64,000 nt of DNA from an uncultured bacterium (lineage in GTDB: Bacteria; Krumholzibacteriota; Krumholzibacteriia; LZORAL124-64-63). Of the stretch, positions 1-10,329 are shown in pieces. The first letter of the stretch is position 1. Each line of letters begins with the position of its first letter. The DNA lies in NCBI GenBank assembly GCA_963732385.1, contig CAVSZB010000003.1, forward strand, positions 352,001 through 416,000, given 5' to 3'. The translations under genes were made by a program, and so were the position numbers. A model generated the notes under the pieces. The model made no database searches. It was not told the origin of the DNA and worked only from the letters and a program-made list of their open reading frames with translations.

Positions 1-2
1 GC

Positions 3-473
3 TGGCGACAGGCGTTCGAGGCGGGCGGGCTCTACCTGTCGGGCGACGATCCCGGCACGGCGCGCTACGAGGGGTGGGACGATTTCTACGGCGAATGGCC
101 GAAGTGGTCGGAGCTGCTCATCTACACGTTCCTCGATTGCGCCACGCGCGTGGGGGGCGATCCGGCGCGACCTGACGACGCCGGCGTCTGGAATAACCTG
201 ACGGCATACTGGGCGGAGGTGCGGGCCGATCTGGCGCCGCAGTTGAGGGTGACCTTGCGCGGGACCGTGCTCGGGGCGCCCGAGGCGACCGGGCCGGGCG
301 GCGGGCACGACCGCGGCACGCTGCTGTCTTTGCGTGCCGACTGTACGCGGTGGCGTGGCGTGGCGCTGCAGGCGCTCGGTGAGTTGTTCAATCCGGGCGA
401 CTACTACAGCGGCCGGGGCGACTACGGCGACCACGCCTGGTATTCGCGTTTCCAGATCGTCACCACCTTCTGA
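3..473 (+). CDS. 5'-truncated outer-membrane beta-barrel, alginate-export-like porin
   Basis: Frame open from position 3 (WRQAFEAGGLYLSGDDPGTARYEGWDDFYGEWPKWSELLIYTF...). The SGDDP..T..EGWD...WPKWSE motif resembles alginate-export porins, and the protein ends in Phe (OMP signature). Confidence 0.6.
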   Translation, partial: WRQAFEAGGLYLSGDDPGTARYEGWDDFYGEWPKWSELLIYTFLDCATRVGGDPARPDDAGVWNNLTAYWAEVRADLAPQLRVTLRGTVLGAPEATGPGGGHDRGTLLSLRADCTRWRGVALQALGELFNPGDYYSGRGDYGDHAWYSRFQIVTTF

Positions 474-484
474 GCGGGAGGCCC

Positions 485-2092
485 ATGGAAGCGCTCGGCG
501 TTCTGCTGGCTGTCAGTCCGGTCATCGTGATCTTCCTGCTCCTGCTGCTGCGGCGCACGCCGGCCGATGTGGCGGGGGCGATCGGCTGGATGGTGACGGC
601 GGCGGTGGCGCTGCTGTGGTTCCACACCGCACCGGCGGTCGTGGCGAGGGCGTCGCTGGCGGGGGTCGTGGCGTCGTTCCCGATCAGCCTGATGGTCGGC
701 GCGAGCCTGTTCCAGATGACGTTCATGCTCGAGACCGGGGCGGTGGAGCGGGTCGTCATCGCGATGCGGTCGGTGTCGCCACGCGACCGGATCGTACAGA
801 TCCTGATGATCAACGTCGGGTTCGGCACCGTGGTGACGGCGTTGGGGGCGACACCGGTGTCGATCCTGCCGCCGATCATGATCGCGCTCGGATACTCGAG
901 TTTCGTGGCGATCGCGCTGCCGGCGATCGGGTACGACAGCCTCTGCACCTACGCGCTGCTGGCGATCCCCGCGGTCGTCTTCACCGACGTGCTCGCGCCG
1001 CTGGCGCGCGAAGCGGGCCTCACGTTGACGCTGCGCGACGCCGGCCTGCTGTTCGCCCGCTTCATCCCGCTGGTCACGACCTGCATCGCCCTGGGAATGT
1101 TCTGGATCGTGGGGCGGTGGCGGCTGTTGCTGCGCGGGCTGCCGTGGGCGCTGCTCGTCGGCGTGACGGCGGGGCTTTGTTGCTGGGGGATGGCGCTCGT
1201 CGATCTCGTGCCGCTGACCGGGGTGGTGGCAGGGTCGGCTATCATCGCGGTGCTGGCGCTGGCGCTGCGGGCGCGGCGGCTGCCGGTGTTCGACGAGGGG
1301 GAGCTCACGCCGCGCGAGTGCGAGGTGAAGTCCGGCATGGGGCTCGTACGGGCCGTGAGCCCGTGGCTGTTGCTGCTGCTCTTCGCCGTGCTGGTCAACC
1401 TGAAGGCGCTGCCGTTCTTCGATCTGCTGTTCCGCAAGCTGCCGCTGGCGGTGCCGCTGGTGCCGGGGAGGCCCACGCTGACGCGCGCGCTGTGGCAGGC
1501 CTACACCTGGGTGCTGACGGCGACGCTCGTGTCGTCGATCTGGCTCCGCCCGACCGGCGTGCAGTGGCGCGCGATCCTGACCCGCACGCGCCGGCGCGCA
1601 CCGCGTCCGGTTCTCGCGGCCGCGCTCTTCTTCGCCATCGCCTACGTGATCGATCATTCGGGCAAGGTGGTGCAGGCCGGCGCCGCCGGCGCGACCTGGG
1701 TGCTGCCCGATCCTGACCGCAACATGGTGCGGGTGCTGGCCGCGGCGGCGGCGCAGGGATTCGGCCCGCTCTACGGGCTGGTGGCGCCATACCTCGGGCT
1801 GCTGGCCGGGTTCATCTCCGGCTCGGAAACGAGCGCCATCGCCATGCTCAGCCGTTTCCACATGGAGACGGCCGCCGCGCTCGGGCGGCCCGCGTCGCTC
1901 GGGCTGTTGCTCGCGGCGGCAAGCGCGGTGGGCGGCGGTCTGGCGTCGGTGATTTCGCCGGCGAAGCTGCAGAACGCCGCCGCGATCATCGACCGCATCG
2001 GCGAGGAGGGGAAGGTGCTGCGCACCACGACCGTTATCAGCCTCGTCATCACCCTGCTGACGGCGGTGGCGACGCTGCTCTGGGTCCGCTAG
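485..2092 (+). CDS. lctP: L-lactate permease family transporter
   Basis: 535 aa, many hydrophobic helices, motifs GFISGSETSAIAM and GGGLASVISPAKLQNAAA. RBS GGGAGG just upstream. Confidence 0.8.
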   Translation: MEALGVLLAVSPVIVIFLLLLLRRTPADVAGAIGWMVTAAVALLWFHTAPAVVARASLAGVVASFPISLMVGASLFQMTFMLETGAVERVVIAMRSVSPRDRIVQILMINVGFGTVVTALGATPVSILPPIMIALGYSSFVAIALPAIGYDSLCTYALLAIPAVVFTDVLAPLAREAGLTLTLRDAGLLFARFIPLVTTCIALGMFWIVGRWRLLLRGLPWALLVGVTAGLCCWGMALVDLVPLTGVVAGSAIIAVLALALRARRLPVFDEGELTPRECEVKSGMGLVRAVSPWLLLLLFAVLVNLKALPFFDLLFRKLPLAVPLVPGRPTLTRALWQAYTWVLTATLVSSIWLRPTGVQWRAILTRTRRRAPRPVLAAALFFAIAYVIDHSGKVVQAGAAGATWVLPDPDRNMVRVLAAAAAQGFGPLYGLVAPYLGLLAGFISGSETSAIAMLSRFHMETAAALGRPASLGLLLAAASAVGGGLASVISPAKLQNAAAIIDRIGEEGKVLRTTTVISLVITLLTAVATLLWVR

Positions 2093-2150
2093 GCGCGCGC
2101 GACCGCCCGGCCGGCGCCGGTTCCGCCTCCACACAGCGGCTGATCCCCTC

Positions 2151-3521
2151 CTACTGCAGGGGCGTTCGCATGATCAGGAAATCGCGCCGAGGTTGGGCTG
2201 GTCGCAGGCGGCCGCCCGGACCGAAGCGGTTCAACTCGCTGTTGGCGACGAACAGGCAGTCGCCGCCGTCGATCGTGGCGGTGGTCGGCTCGTCGAAGCC
2301 GGGCAGGTGTGCGGCGAGCACCGTCATCCCCACGACCCGAAGCCCGGTGTCATCGAGGTAGAGGCGCGCCAGGCGGTCGAGGCCGCGGTCGTTCTGCACC
2401 ACGATCAGGCTGCCCTGGTTACAGAGCAGGCCGTCGGCATAGCAGATAGCGATCTCCTCGGGGTGCTGCAGCCGTGCGATGTCTCCGGTCTGCAGGTCGA
2501 TCACCGCGATTCCGAGCGCATACTCCGTGACATAGAGAAGCCGGCCGTCGTCCGAGAGTGCGATTCCGTTCGAGCCGACAAGCAATCCCGGTCCGACGAC
2601 GGTCTCGAGCCGGTTGGAGTCCGCACGCAGGAGGTACACGCCGCCCTGCATGGTGTCGGTGACGTAGACGTCGCCGTCGCGGTTCAGGCAGCAGTCGTTG
2701 AAGAAGTGGGAGCGGGTCGTGTCGGGCAGCATGACGCGCGTCACGGTGCGGCCGCTCTCGAGGTCGAAGGCGTAGAGGCCGGTGCGGGCGCTGTCGGCCG
2801 GCGTGCCGCCGCGCATCTGGACGCTCGCGCCGCTGCAGGCCCACAGCAGGCGGTGGTCGGCGTCCACCTTGAGCCCGGCCACGCTGTCGAGCCCGTCGCG
2901 CCCGGACGGCACGAAGTCGCTCACGGCGGCGTTTGCCGACACCCGCACGATCTTCCGCAGGTGAATGCTGCCGACGAACAGGTCCCCGTTGACCGGGTCG
3001 GCCGCGATCCCCTCCGGCATGAAGTCGGGCTCGTCGATGCGAGCCGCCGTCTCCGCCACCCCTTTGGGCTCGGCGTGCAGGGCGATGAGCCCGGCGGCCG
3101 CGGTCCATGCCGGCGTGCCGCGCACCGCCGCGAGGTCTGGCTCGCCCGACAGGTCGATCCGCACGCCGGTGGTGGCGGTGCGCAGCAGCCAGTCGCCGGC
3201 CCGCAGCGTGTCGCCGTCGAGAGCGCAGGCGCGCGCCATGTGCAGCATCAGTATGGGGTGGCCCGGCTCGAGATCGAGCGCGCGGGCGATCCGTTCGCGG
3301 TACACGCCGAAGACCCCGACCTGGCGCGCGGCCACGGCGGCGCGGTAAGCGTCGAGCACGCGGAAGGAGAGGGGGCCGACGTCTGCGGGCGCGACTTCGG
3401 CCGGAGATGCCGCTGTTTCCTGGGCGGCGACCGGCGGGGCCGGCATCATCGCGAGAGCGAAGGCGAGAGCGGTGACGAAAGACGTGGTCAGCCGCCTGGC
3501 CGAGCCCGGGATCCTGCGCAT
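2151..3521 (-). CDS. Secreted SMP-30/gluconolactonase-like beta-propeller protein
   Basis: Start reassigned to ATG 3521 (RBS GGAGGAG). Signal peptide, then blades PEGIAAD, FFNDCCL..DGDVYVTD, GSNGIALSDDG.LLYV, YADGL. Confidence 0.7.
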   Translation of the reverse strand: MRRIPGSARRLTTSFVTALAFALAMMPAPPVAAQETAASPAEVAPADVGPLSFRVLDAYRAAVAARQVGVFGVYRERIARALDLEPGHPILMLHMARACALDGDTLRAGDWLLRTATTGVRIDLSGEPDLAAVRGTPAWTAAAGLIALHAEPKGVAETAARIDEPDFMPEGIAADPVNGDLFVGSIHLRKIVRVSANAAVSDFVPSGRDGLDSVAGLKVDADHRLLWACSGASVQMRGGTPADSARTGLYAFDLESGRTVTRVMLPDTTRSHFFNDCCLNRDGDVYVTDTMQGGVYLLRADSNRLETVVGPGLLVGSNGIALSDDGRLLYVTEYALGIAVIDLQTGDIARLQHPEEIAICYADGLLCNQGSLIVVQNDRGLDRLARLYLDDTGLRVVGMTVLAAHLPGFDEPTTATIDGGDCLFVANSELNRFGPGGRLRPAQPRRDFLIMRTPLQ

Positions 3522-3556
3522 GTCATCTCCTCCGGTGGCGCGCGGCGCGCGCCGCG

Positions 3557-6500
3557 TCAGCCTGGCGAAGCGGGTGTCATCGGCACCAGGAGGCCCTGGT
3601 GGCCTGCCTCGTCCCGCGCGTGCGTGAACAGCAGCGAGGTCGCGACCTCGCTGCCCGGAAACAGTTCGGCGACCGCGGCGCGATAAGCGGCGAGCTGCGG
3701 CGCATAGTGTGTGGCGAGGCGCCCGATCTCCGCCGCGATCCGCGCGGCGTCCCCCTCCAGCCGGTTCGACTTGTAGTCGATGATGTCCATGCGGTTCCCA
3801 CGCCGGACGAGCCGGTCGATCGCGCCGAAGACGCGTCGCGGAGCGCCGCCGGCCGTTGCCGGCGGGAGTTCGTGGATCACGCCCGTCTCGCTCCAGCCGC
3901 GCGCACCCATCGCTTCCGGATGGAAGATCCAGGCGAAGGCAGGATTCGCGGCGACTGCGCGCGCCTCGGCAAGGGGATCGGCGGAAGAGGCGACCGGAAG
4001 GGTGGCGTCGTCCGCTGGCAGGCCGCCCGGCTCGGTCGCCATCCGCAGCCAGAGGTGGATGGCGGTGCCGCGAACCGCGGCGGCGGCGGCATCGGGCGCG
4101 AAGCCGTCTTTGCCGGGGGCATCGAGCAGGGCGTCGAGGAGAGTGTCGGCGCGGGCGGACGGGCCCGCGTCGGGCGAGGTGTCCGAGCCCGACGCGGCGA
4201 GCGCGGAGGGGTTCTGCAGTTCGATGCGCGCGACGAGGGGCGGCGGAGTCCAGGCCCGGATGTCGTTCGCGACTGCCGCCGTGGTTGCGTCCGACGCCCT
4301 CCCGACAAGGGGCGGTGAATCGGCGAGCCATTCGGGACGCCCGAACCGCGCGGGCAACGGGCCGGCCTCCGCGTCGACCGCGTTCGCCGCCTCCTGCAGC
4401 CAGGTGAAGTAATCGGGACGGGAACTCTTGTTCGCGCCGCGCGAGCCGAGCACGTAGAGCCGGTCGCGCGCGCGGGTCATGGCCACGTAGAGGATGTCCG
4501 CGTCCTCGTTCTCGGTCGCGCGCTCGGCCGCCTCGAGCGCGGCCTTGAGGGCGCCGGGGCGGATCGGTGGTTCGCCGGGCGGCAGTTCCGGGCCGTCGCG
4601 CAGCGGTTTCGTGAGACCGTAGAGGATCGGGCTTGTGGAGTCGCCGGGAGCGAGCGGGACCCGCGTCTCGCCGCGTCGCAGGGGCCTGGCCGCGTCCACG
4701 AACAGCACGGCCGGCGCCTCCAGTCCCTTCGCGGCGTGGACCGTCATGACGCGCACGCGCCCGTTGCCCTGCTCGGGGACGGTCGCCTCCTCCTCGCCGG
4801 ACGTTTCGGCCGCGCGCGCGATCAGATCGGCGAAGCGGCGCAGCGACGGGTGCGGGCCGAGGTCGAGCGCCAGCGCCAGGTCATGCAGGCGCAGCAGATT
4901 CCAGCGTGCCTGCTCGCCGAGCGCCGCGGCGTAGCGCTCGGGCGCATCGGCGTCGCGGAAGATGCGTCGAAGCAGGTCGTGGCATCCCTCCACGCCGGCG
5001 CGACGACGCCACTCGGTGAGTGTGTCCCGCGCCTCCTCCAGCCCGAGGCGATCGGCGCGCGTGCGCAGGACGATCCAGAGCGAGCGCCGGTAGCGGCGCC
5101 CGCCGCGCCGGCCGTGGCGCAACGCGAGCGCCCGCTGCAATTGGGCCTCGGAGACGCGGAACAGCGGCGAACGCAGGGCCGACGCAAGGGCGGGATCGTC
5201 GTCGGGAAACGCGAGCCAGCGCAGCAACAGCAAAATGTCCTGCACCTCGCGGCTGCGGGCGAGCGAGCCGCGACCCGAGGGGACGATCGGCACGCCGACC
5301 CGGCGCAGCGCCTCTTCGTAGGCGCCGATGTGCGTCCGGGAGCGGCAGAGCAACAGGATGTCGCCCCAGATCAGCGGCCGGGGCTGCCCGGTTTCCCTGT
5401 CTGTTGTCGAGGCTTCGGCGCGCAGGCGCAGCACGATGCGCGCCGCCGCTTGCGCAGCCTGGTCGACGGGGCCGGCGCTGTCGTCGTCGCCTTCGCTCTC
5501 GAACGGCGGAATGACAAGAACCTCGTCCGCCGGGCCCGCCGCGCGGTTTGGGTATTGCCTGGCATGAGCCGCCTCGCCTGGCGGGAGCAGATCGATGAGC
5601 GGCGGCGCGGTAAAGAGGCGCCCCACGGTATTTACGATAGCCGGCACGCTGCGGAAATTGGTCGGCAGGCTCTCGATCCGCACGCCGGACGCCTCGCCGT
5701 TCGTTTCCATTCGCCGTGCGACATCGGCGAACAGGCCCGGATCCGCGCCCCGGAAGCGGTAGATAGACTGTTTCACGTCACCGACCACGAACACGGTGGG
5801 GGGCGTGTCGTGGGCCCCTTCGCCGGCGAGGAACTCCTCCGCGATGGGGCGCAGCACGTCCCACTGGTTGTGGTTCGTGTCCTGGAATTCATCAACCAGC
5901 AGGTGCTCCGTCACCGCGTCGAGCCGGTACTGGATCCATTCCTTCTGTGCGCTACGCGTAACGAGGTGACGGGCGAGACGCTCGAGGTCGTGAAAGTCGA
6001 TGACGCGGTCGCGCTGCTTCAACCGTTCGTAGATGTCGAGCGCGCCGAGTCCGAACCGGAGCAGCAGTTCGTTGCGCCGACAGAGGGCGAACAGGTCGTT
6101 GAGGGTCAGCACCTCGAGAAGGGGGCGCGCCGCGGACACGTAGACGGCGTCCCGCTCCTCCTTGCCGGCTTTGCCGCCCTTGAGGGCGCGCAGCTTCCCG
6201 CCCTGCGTCAGCAGGAGTCGCCGCAGGTCGGCCGCCGCCGCCGCGCGCGCTTCGTCGTCGTCTGCGGCGGCGGCGGCGAAGGCGTGGGCGTGTACCGGAG
6301 CGTTCGCGAAACCGTCGAGTTGCGTCCGCGCGGATGGTGTGACCGCCTGCGGCGCCAGCGTGGCGAGAGGGCCGCAAGCCGCTTCTGCCAAACGCTTCGC
6401 CGCGGCGATCAGCGCCGGCGCGAGGTCCGCCGGCCGCGGATCGGCGCATCCCTCGATCGGCGTGCCCCGGAAGAGAGTCTGCTGCAGGTCCTCCACCATC

Positions 6501-7204
6501 GCGGCGTGGAACGTCCCTCGCTCCGCGTCGAGCGCGGAGACGCCGCGGGCGTCGGCCAGGCGGCCGAGCCAGCGGTCGAGCGCGAGCCGGTCCGTGAAGA
6601 AGCCGGTCAGCGTTTGCCGCACTCCCGGCGGAGACGAGGCGAGGCTCGCCAGTTCGGCGCGTTGTACGGGATCGGACACGGTCTGCGCTTCGAGCCGATC
6701 GAGCGCCTCTTCCCAGAGATCCTCCGGCTTCTCGGCCACCTCGAACGACGGGTCGAGGCCGAGATCGGCGGGGAAGCGTCCGAGCAGGCGCTGGCACCAG
6801 GCGTGGATCGTGCCGATGGGCAGGCCGGGCAGGTCTTCGAGAAAACGGTCGTAGAGCTTCGCCGCCCGGTCCAGTTCGGTCGGTTCCGGCTCGCGCGCCA
6901 GCAGGGCGCGCAACGCGTCGCGCCGCGCCGGCGCTGCCATGACCGCAAAGGCGCGCAGTTCCCTCAGGAGCCGCGCCTTGATCTCGACCGCCGCCTTCTT
7001 CGTGAACGTCACGGCGACGATCGATTTTGGGTCAGCCCCCGCGAGGCAGAGGCGCACGATGCGGCTGACGAGCACGTGGGTCTTGCCGGAACCGGCGCCC
7101 GCGCGCACCGCGGCCGACACCCGGGGGTCGGCAACCTCCCGCTGGATGCGGGTCGCCTCCGCGATCGGATCCTCCGGCAGGCGGCCGGCCGGCGCGGCGC
7201 TCAT
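3557..7204 (-). CDS. addA: ATP-dependent helicase/nuclease subunit A (UvrD/RecB-like)
   Basis: Walker A AGAGSGKT, TFTKKAA, DEFQD, GDVKQSIYRFRGA, TVHAAKGLE, YVAMTRARD, and C-terminal nuclease GAIDRL...IIDYKS. Confidence 0.9.
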   Translation of the reverse strand: MSAAPAGRLPEDPIAEATRIQREVADPRVSAAVRAGAGSGKTHVLVSRIVRLCLAGADPKSIVAVTFTKKAAVEIKARLLRELRAFAVMAAPARRDALRALLAREPEPTELDRAAKLYDRFLEDLPGLPIGTIHAWCQRLLGRFPADLGLDPSFEVAEKPEDLWEEALDRLEAQTVSDPVQRAELASLASSPPGVRQTLTGFFTDRLALDRWLGRLADARGVSALDAERGTFHAAMVEDLQQTLFRGTPIEGCADPRPADLAPALIAAAKRLAEAACGPLATLAPQAVTPSARTQLDGFANAPVHAHAFAAAAADDDEARAAAAADLRRLLLTQGGKLRALKGGKAGKEERDAVYVSAARPLLEVLTLNDLFALCRRNELLLRFGLGALDIYERLKQRDRVIDFHDLERLARHLVTRSAQKEWIQYRLDAVTEHLLVDEFQDTNHNQWDVLRPIAEEFLAGEGAHDTPPTVFVVGDVKQSIYRFRGADPGLFADVARRMETNGEASGVRIESLPTNFRSVPAIVNTVGRLFTAPPLIDLLPPGEAAHARQYPNRAAGPADEVLVIPPFESEGDDDSAGPVDQAAQAAARIVLRLRAEASTTDRETGQPRPLIWGDILLLCRSRTHIGAYEEALRRVGVPIVPSGRGSLARSREVQDILLLLRWLAFPDDDPALASALRSPLFRVSEAQLQRALALRHGRRGGRRYRRSLWIVLRTRADRLGLEEARDTLTEWRRRAGVEGCHDLLRRIFRDADAPERYAAALGEQARWNLLRLHDLALALDLGPHPSLRRFADLIARAAETSGEEEATVPEQGNGRVRVMTVHAAKGLEAPAVLFVDAARPLRRGETRVPLAPGDSTSPILYGLTKPLRDGPELPPGEPPIRPGALKAALEAAERATENEDADILYVAMTRARDRLYVLGSRGANKSSRPDYFTWLQEAANAVDAEAGPLPARFGRPEWLADSPPLVGRASDATTAAVANDIRAWTPPPLVARIELQNPSALAASGSDTSPDAGPSARADTLLDALLDAPGKDGFAPDAAAAAVRGTAIHLWLRMATEPGGLPADDATLPVASSADPLAEARAVAANPAFAWIFHPEAMGARGWSETGVIHELPPATAGGAPRRVFGAIDRLVRRGNRMDIIDYKSNRLEGDAARIAAEIGRLATHYAPQLAAYRAAVAELFPGSEVATSLLFTHARDEAGHQGLLVPMTPASPG

Positions 7205-10200
7205 CGCGATCTCCCCGACTGCGCCAGGCGCGCCCGCAATGGCGCCGGCAGGTCACGCTCATCGACGCGGCAGACGCCCCGGAAGGGGCAGAATGGACAG
7301 GGCAGGTTCCCGCGCAGGGTGCCGTCGCGGAACTCCGGCAGCAGCGGGTACGGCCGCTCGCGGTCGGCGGCGCCGAGGGTGTCCTGCAGGATGCGACGCG
7401 CGCCGGCCACGAGAGGGGCGCGACCCTCCCCGGCCTCAGCCAGGTCGAGGCGCGGCGACAGGCCCGCTTCCTCGCGAGCGAAGACGTAGTACCCGGCCTC
7501 GGTCACGGTGAGTCCGGCCGACTCCAATCCCGTCACCGCTCCGGTCTCCACCGCCACGGCATAGAGCGTCAGTTGCGGCTCATCGCCCGCTCGGACCGCC
7601 TTGAGATTCGGCGCGCGACCCGACTTGTAGTCGATGACCGCCGCGTGCCTGCCGTCCGCGTCGACATCGACCCGGTCGATCCAGCCGGTCAGGTTGATGC
7701 GGGCCTGGGCCGGCGTGAGCAATACGGGAGGTGCGGACGCGGCCCCGTCGCCGGCGTTCTCGAGTTCCCCGACCAGCCACGCGCGCAGTTCGCCGAGCGG
7801 GAGGCGGAACTCCTGCTCGAGCGCTCTGGGCTGCCAGGAGCTTCCGCGTTCCAGCTCATGGGCCACGATCGCGGGCGCGGCGGCGACGAATGTTTCCTCC
7901 CACAGGCCGCGCTGCGGCGCCGCGCCGGCGCCGGGAGAGAACTGCGCTGCCGCGAGACGCTGCAACTCGCGCACAGCCCCGTCTGCATCGCCCGCGGCCA
8001 GGCGCCTGCGCCCCGCGCTGTCGGACTCCAGGAACAACCTCAGGCATTCGTGCACCGCGTTCCCGTGGTCGAGCCTGCGGAACGATTCGAGCACCTCCTC
8101 CTGCTCGGCCAGCCCGTAGCCCTTCTCGAGCAGGAAACGGTACGGGCACTGGCGGTACTTCTCGAGGCCGCTGTGGCTGGTGCGTCGGAGCGGGATGCTG
8201 CGGGCCTCGACCCGCGGGCCGGCCAGAGGGTCAGCGCCCGGTTCGCCGGCGAAATCGTCCTGTGCGTGCCGGATGCTTTCGAGATCCGGCGCGCGGCGCC
8301 GGTAGAGCGGCCCGGGCCGCGCGGTTTGCGCCGTCCGGCCGAGACCGAGCGTGAGACGCTCCACCAGGGGCGATGGCAGCGCCGGCTGCCCGCCCCGCTC
8401 GCGCGCCCAGGTGATGACGACCCGCTTGGCGCCGTGGAGCAGGTGCAGGAACAGTTCACCCTGCAGGCCGAGGCGTTCGCGCCAGGTGGGCAGGCCGGTC
8501 GCGGTGCGCGCCGCGTCGCCGAGGAAGAGGGGGCGGCGCAAGCGACCGGGGAAGACCTCCTCGTTCGCGCCGGCGATCAGCAGCAGGTCGAAGCGCTCGA
8601 GACGCGCCTCGATCAGTCCCATCACCTGGACCGGCAAAAACGGCGAGCGATGCGGGCGCACCGATTCGGCCGCGAGCAGCCGGTCCAGCGTCGCCGCGAA
8701 TTCCTCGAGCGTGACAGGGGGGAGGGCGTCGGGCGCCGCGGCCAGACGATCGAGGCGGTCGATCAGCTCGCCGAGGGCGACGAGGCTAGCGTCGCGCCCG
8801 TCGCGCCCCTCGTCGTTGCGCGTGGCGGGGTCGGGCCGGAGGGAGGCAGCCGCGGCCGCTCTTGCCCAGGCGCTGCGCAGCGCGGCCAGGCGGTCGCGCC
8901 ACGGCGCCTCGCCCGGGGGCGCGTCGAGCAAAGGAGAGAGCGCGGCGCCGATGGCATCGACGAACGCCACGAGAGCGGCCGGAGCGCCGCCGTGGCTCTC
9001 GCGGTAAGCCCCGTCTTTCGCCTCCGCCCGCTCACGGTAACTGGCCAGGCCGGCGGGCGGGGCCTCGCCGCGCAGCACCAGTTTCTCCAGCAGGAGCGTT
9101 TGGCGGCTGTGCAGACCACGGTTGGCGAGCAGGTTCACCCAGGGGTGGGTGAGCACTTCGAGCAGGGGGGCGTGCCGCAGGCCGCTCACGGCGCACTGCA
9201 ACAGGAAGTGGCAGAGGCGTCCGGCGGGGAGCGCGGCGAGCGGGAGTCCGCCGGTGTCGTCGACGTCCACGCCGGCGTCGCGCAACTGGGCCACGATGCG
9301 CCGGGCGAGCGCCCGGTCAGCGGTGGCGACGGCGATGCGGACGTTGCCGCCCGTTTTCAGCAGTTCCTCGACGACCAGGCACGCAATGACGCGGCTCTCC
9401 TCCTCGGGATCGCCGCAGGAGAGAAGATCCGGAACAGCGCAGTGCGCATCGCCCGGCATGGGCGGCGGATCTGCCGCCCCAGGCGCGAGCAGGGTGCGCA
9501 GGCGGCGGGAGGGGGCCTGCGGATGGGTCGGCTGACCCGTCCCGTTGCAGGTCCGCAACAGCGCCCCGCAGAGGTCGTCGTCGGCGGAGTCGAGGCAGAC
9601 CTGCCCGTCGCCCGCGGACAGGGCCGCGCGCAGGATACGCGCCGTCACCGCATCGACTTCGGCAAAGCCCGCCACGATCACGCGCTCATAGGCCGGTCCG
9701 GGCCAGCCGCGGTCGAGGCGTGCCGCTACGGCGGCAAGAACATCGACGTCGTCCGCCGGCACGATGCGGCGATAGACGGCGAAAGCTGCGCGCAGGCGCC
9801 CCAGGTCGAGCGCGTGGAGCTCGGCGCGTCGCCCGGCGAGTTCCGCCGTACCGGCTTCCGCCGCGGCGGACGGGTCCAGCAACCACCCCGCGTCGGCCAG
9901 CCGCGCTTCGTCGAACGTGCGCAGCAGCTCCTCCGCCAGCCCCGGCGCGCTCTCTTGGCTCTGCGTCACCCACGGCAGCGCGGACAGGCGCCCCGCCAGC
10001 AGCAGCGGACGCAGCGCGGCGGGCGGTGTCGTCGCGGCTGCTTCGCCCAGGCCGAAACGACGCCGCGAGTTGCGCCGCGAGCTGGGGCGGCGTGAGGATG
10101 TCAGGCAGCAGCAGCGCCGCGCGCCCGCTCCGTTCCAGCAGCGCGTGGCGCAGCGAGGCGCAGGCGCGCACGGACGGCAGGACGACGAGCGCGCCGGTGA

Positions 10201-10306
10201 GATCGCCGGTGGCGGCCCCCTCGGGCGATGCCGCAAGCAACCGGTCGGCCAGCCGCGTCGTGAACGGTTCGTGCAACGGAATGGCGTGCAGGGTCGGTGT
10301 TCTCAT
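7201..10306 (-). CDS. addB: Helicase/nuclease subunit B (PD-(D/E)XK nuclease with Fe-S staple), split by a +1 frameshift near 10056
   Basis: N-terminus MRTPTLHAIP...LVVLPSVRA...LLLPDILTP starts at 10306 in one frame; the rest (QCPYRF, GWIDRVD..VIDYKSG, QLTLY, CPFCPFRGVCR) is in another. Removing one T from TTT at 10055-10057 joins them. Stop overlaps the addA start (ATGA). Confidence 0.8.
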
Positions 10307-10329
10307 GTTCTCCCGGCGAAGGGCGTAGT

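Noticed and set aside
3557..10306. AddAB as a novel helicase-nuclease defence system or Cas4 locus
   Set aside because: Order, size and motifs fit ordinary addB-addA; no defence-island context.
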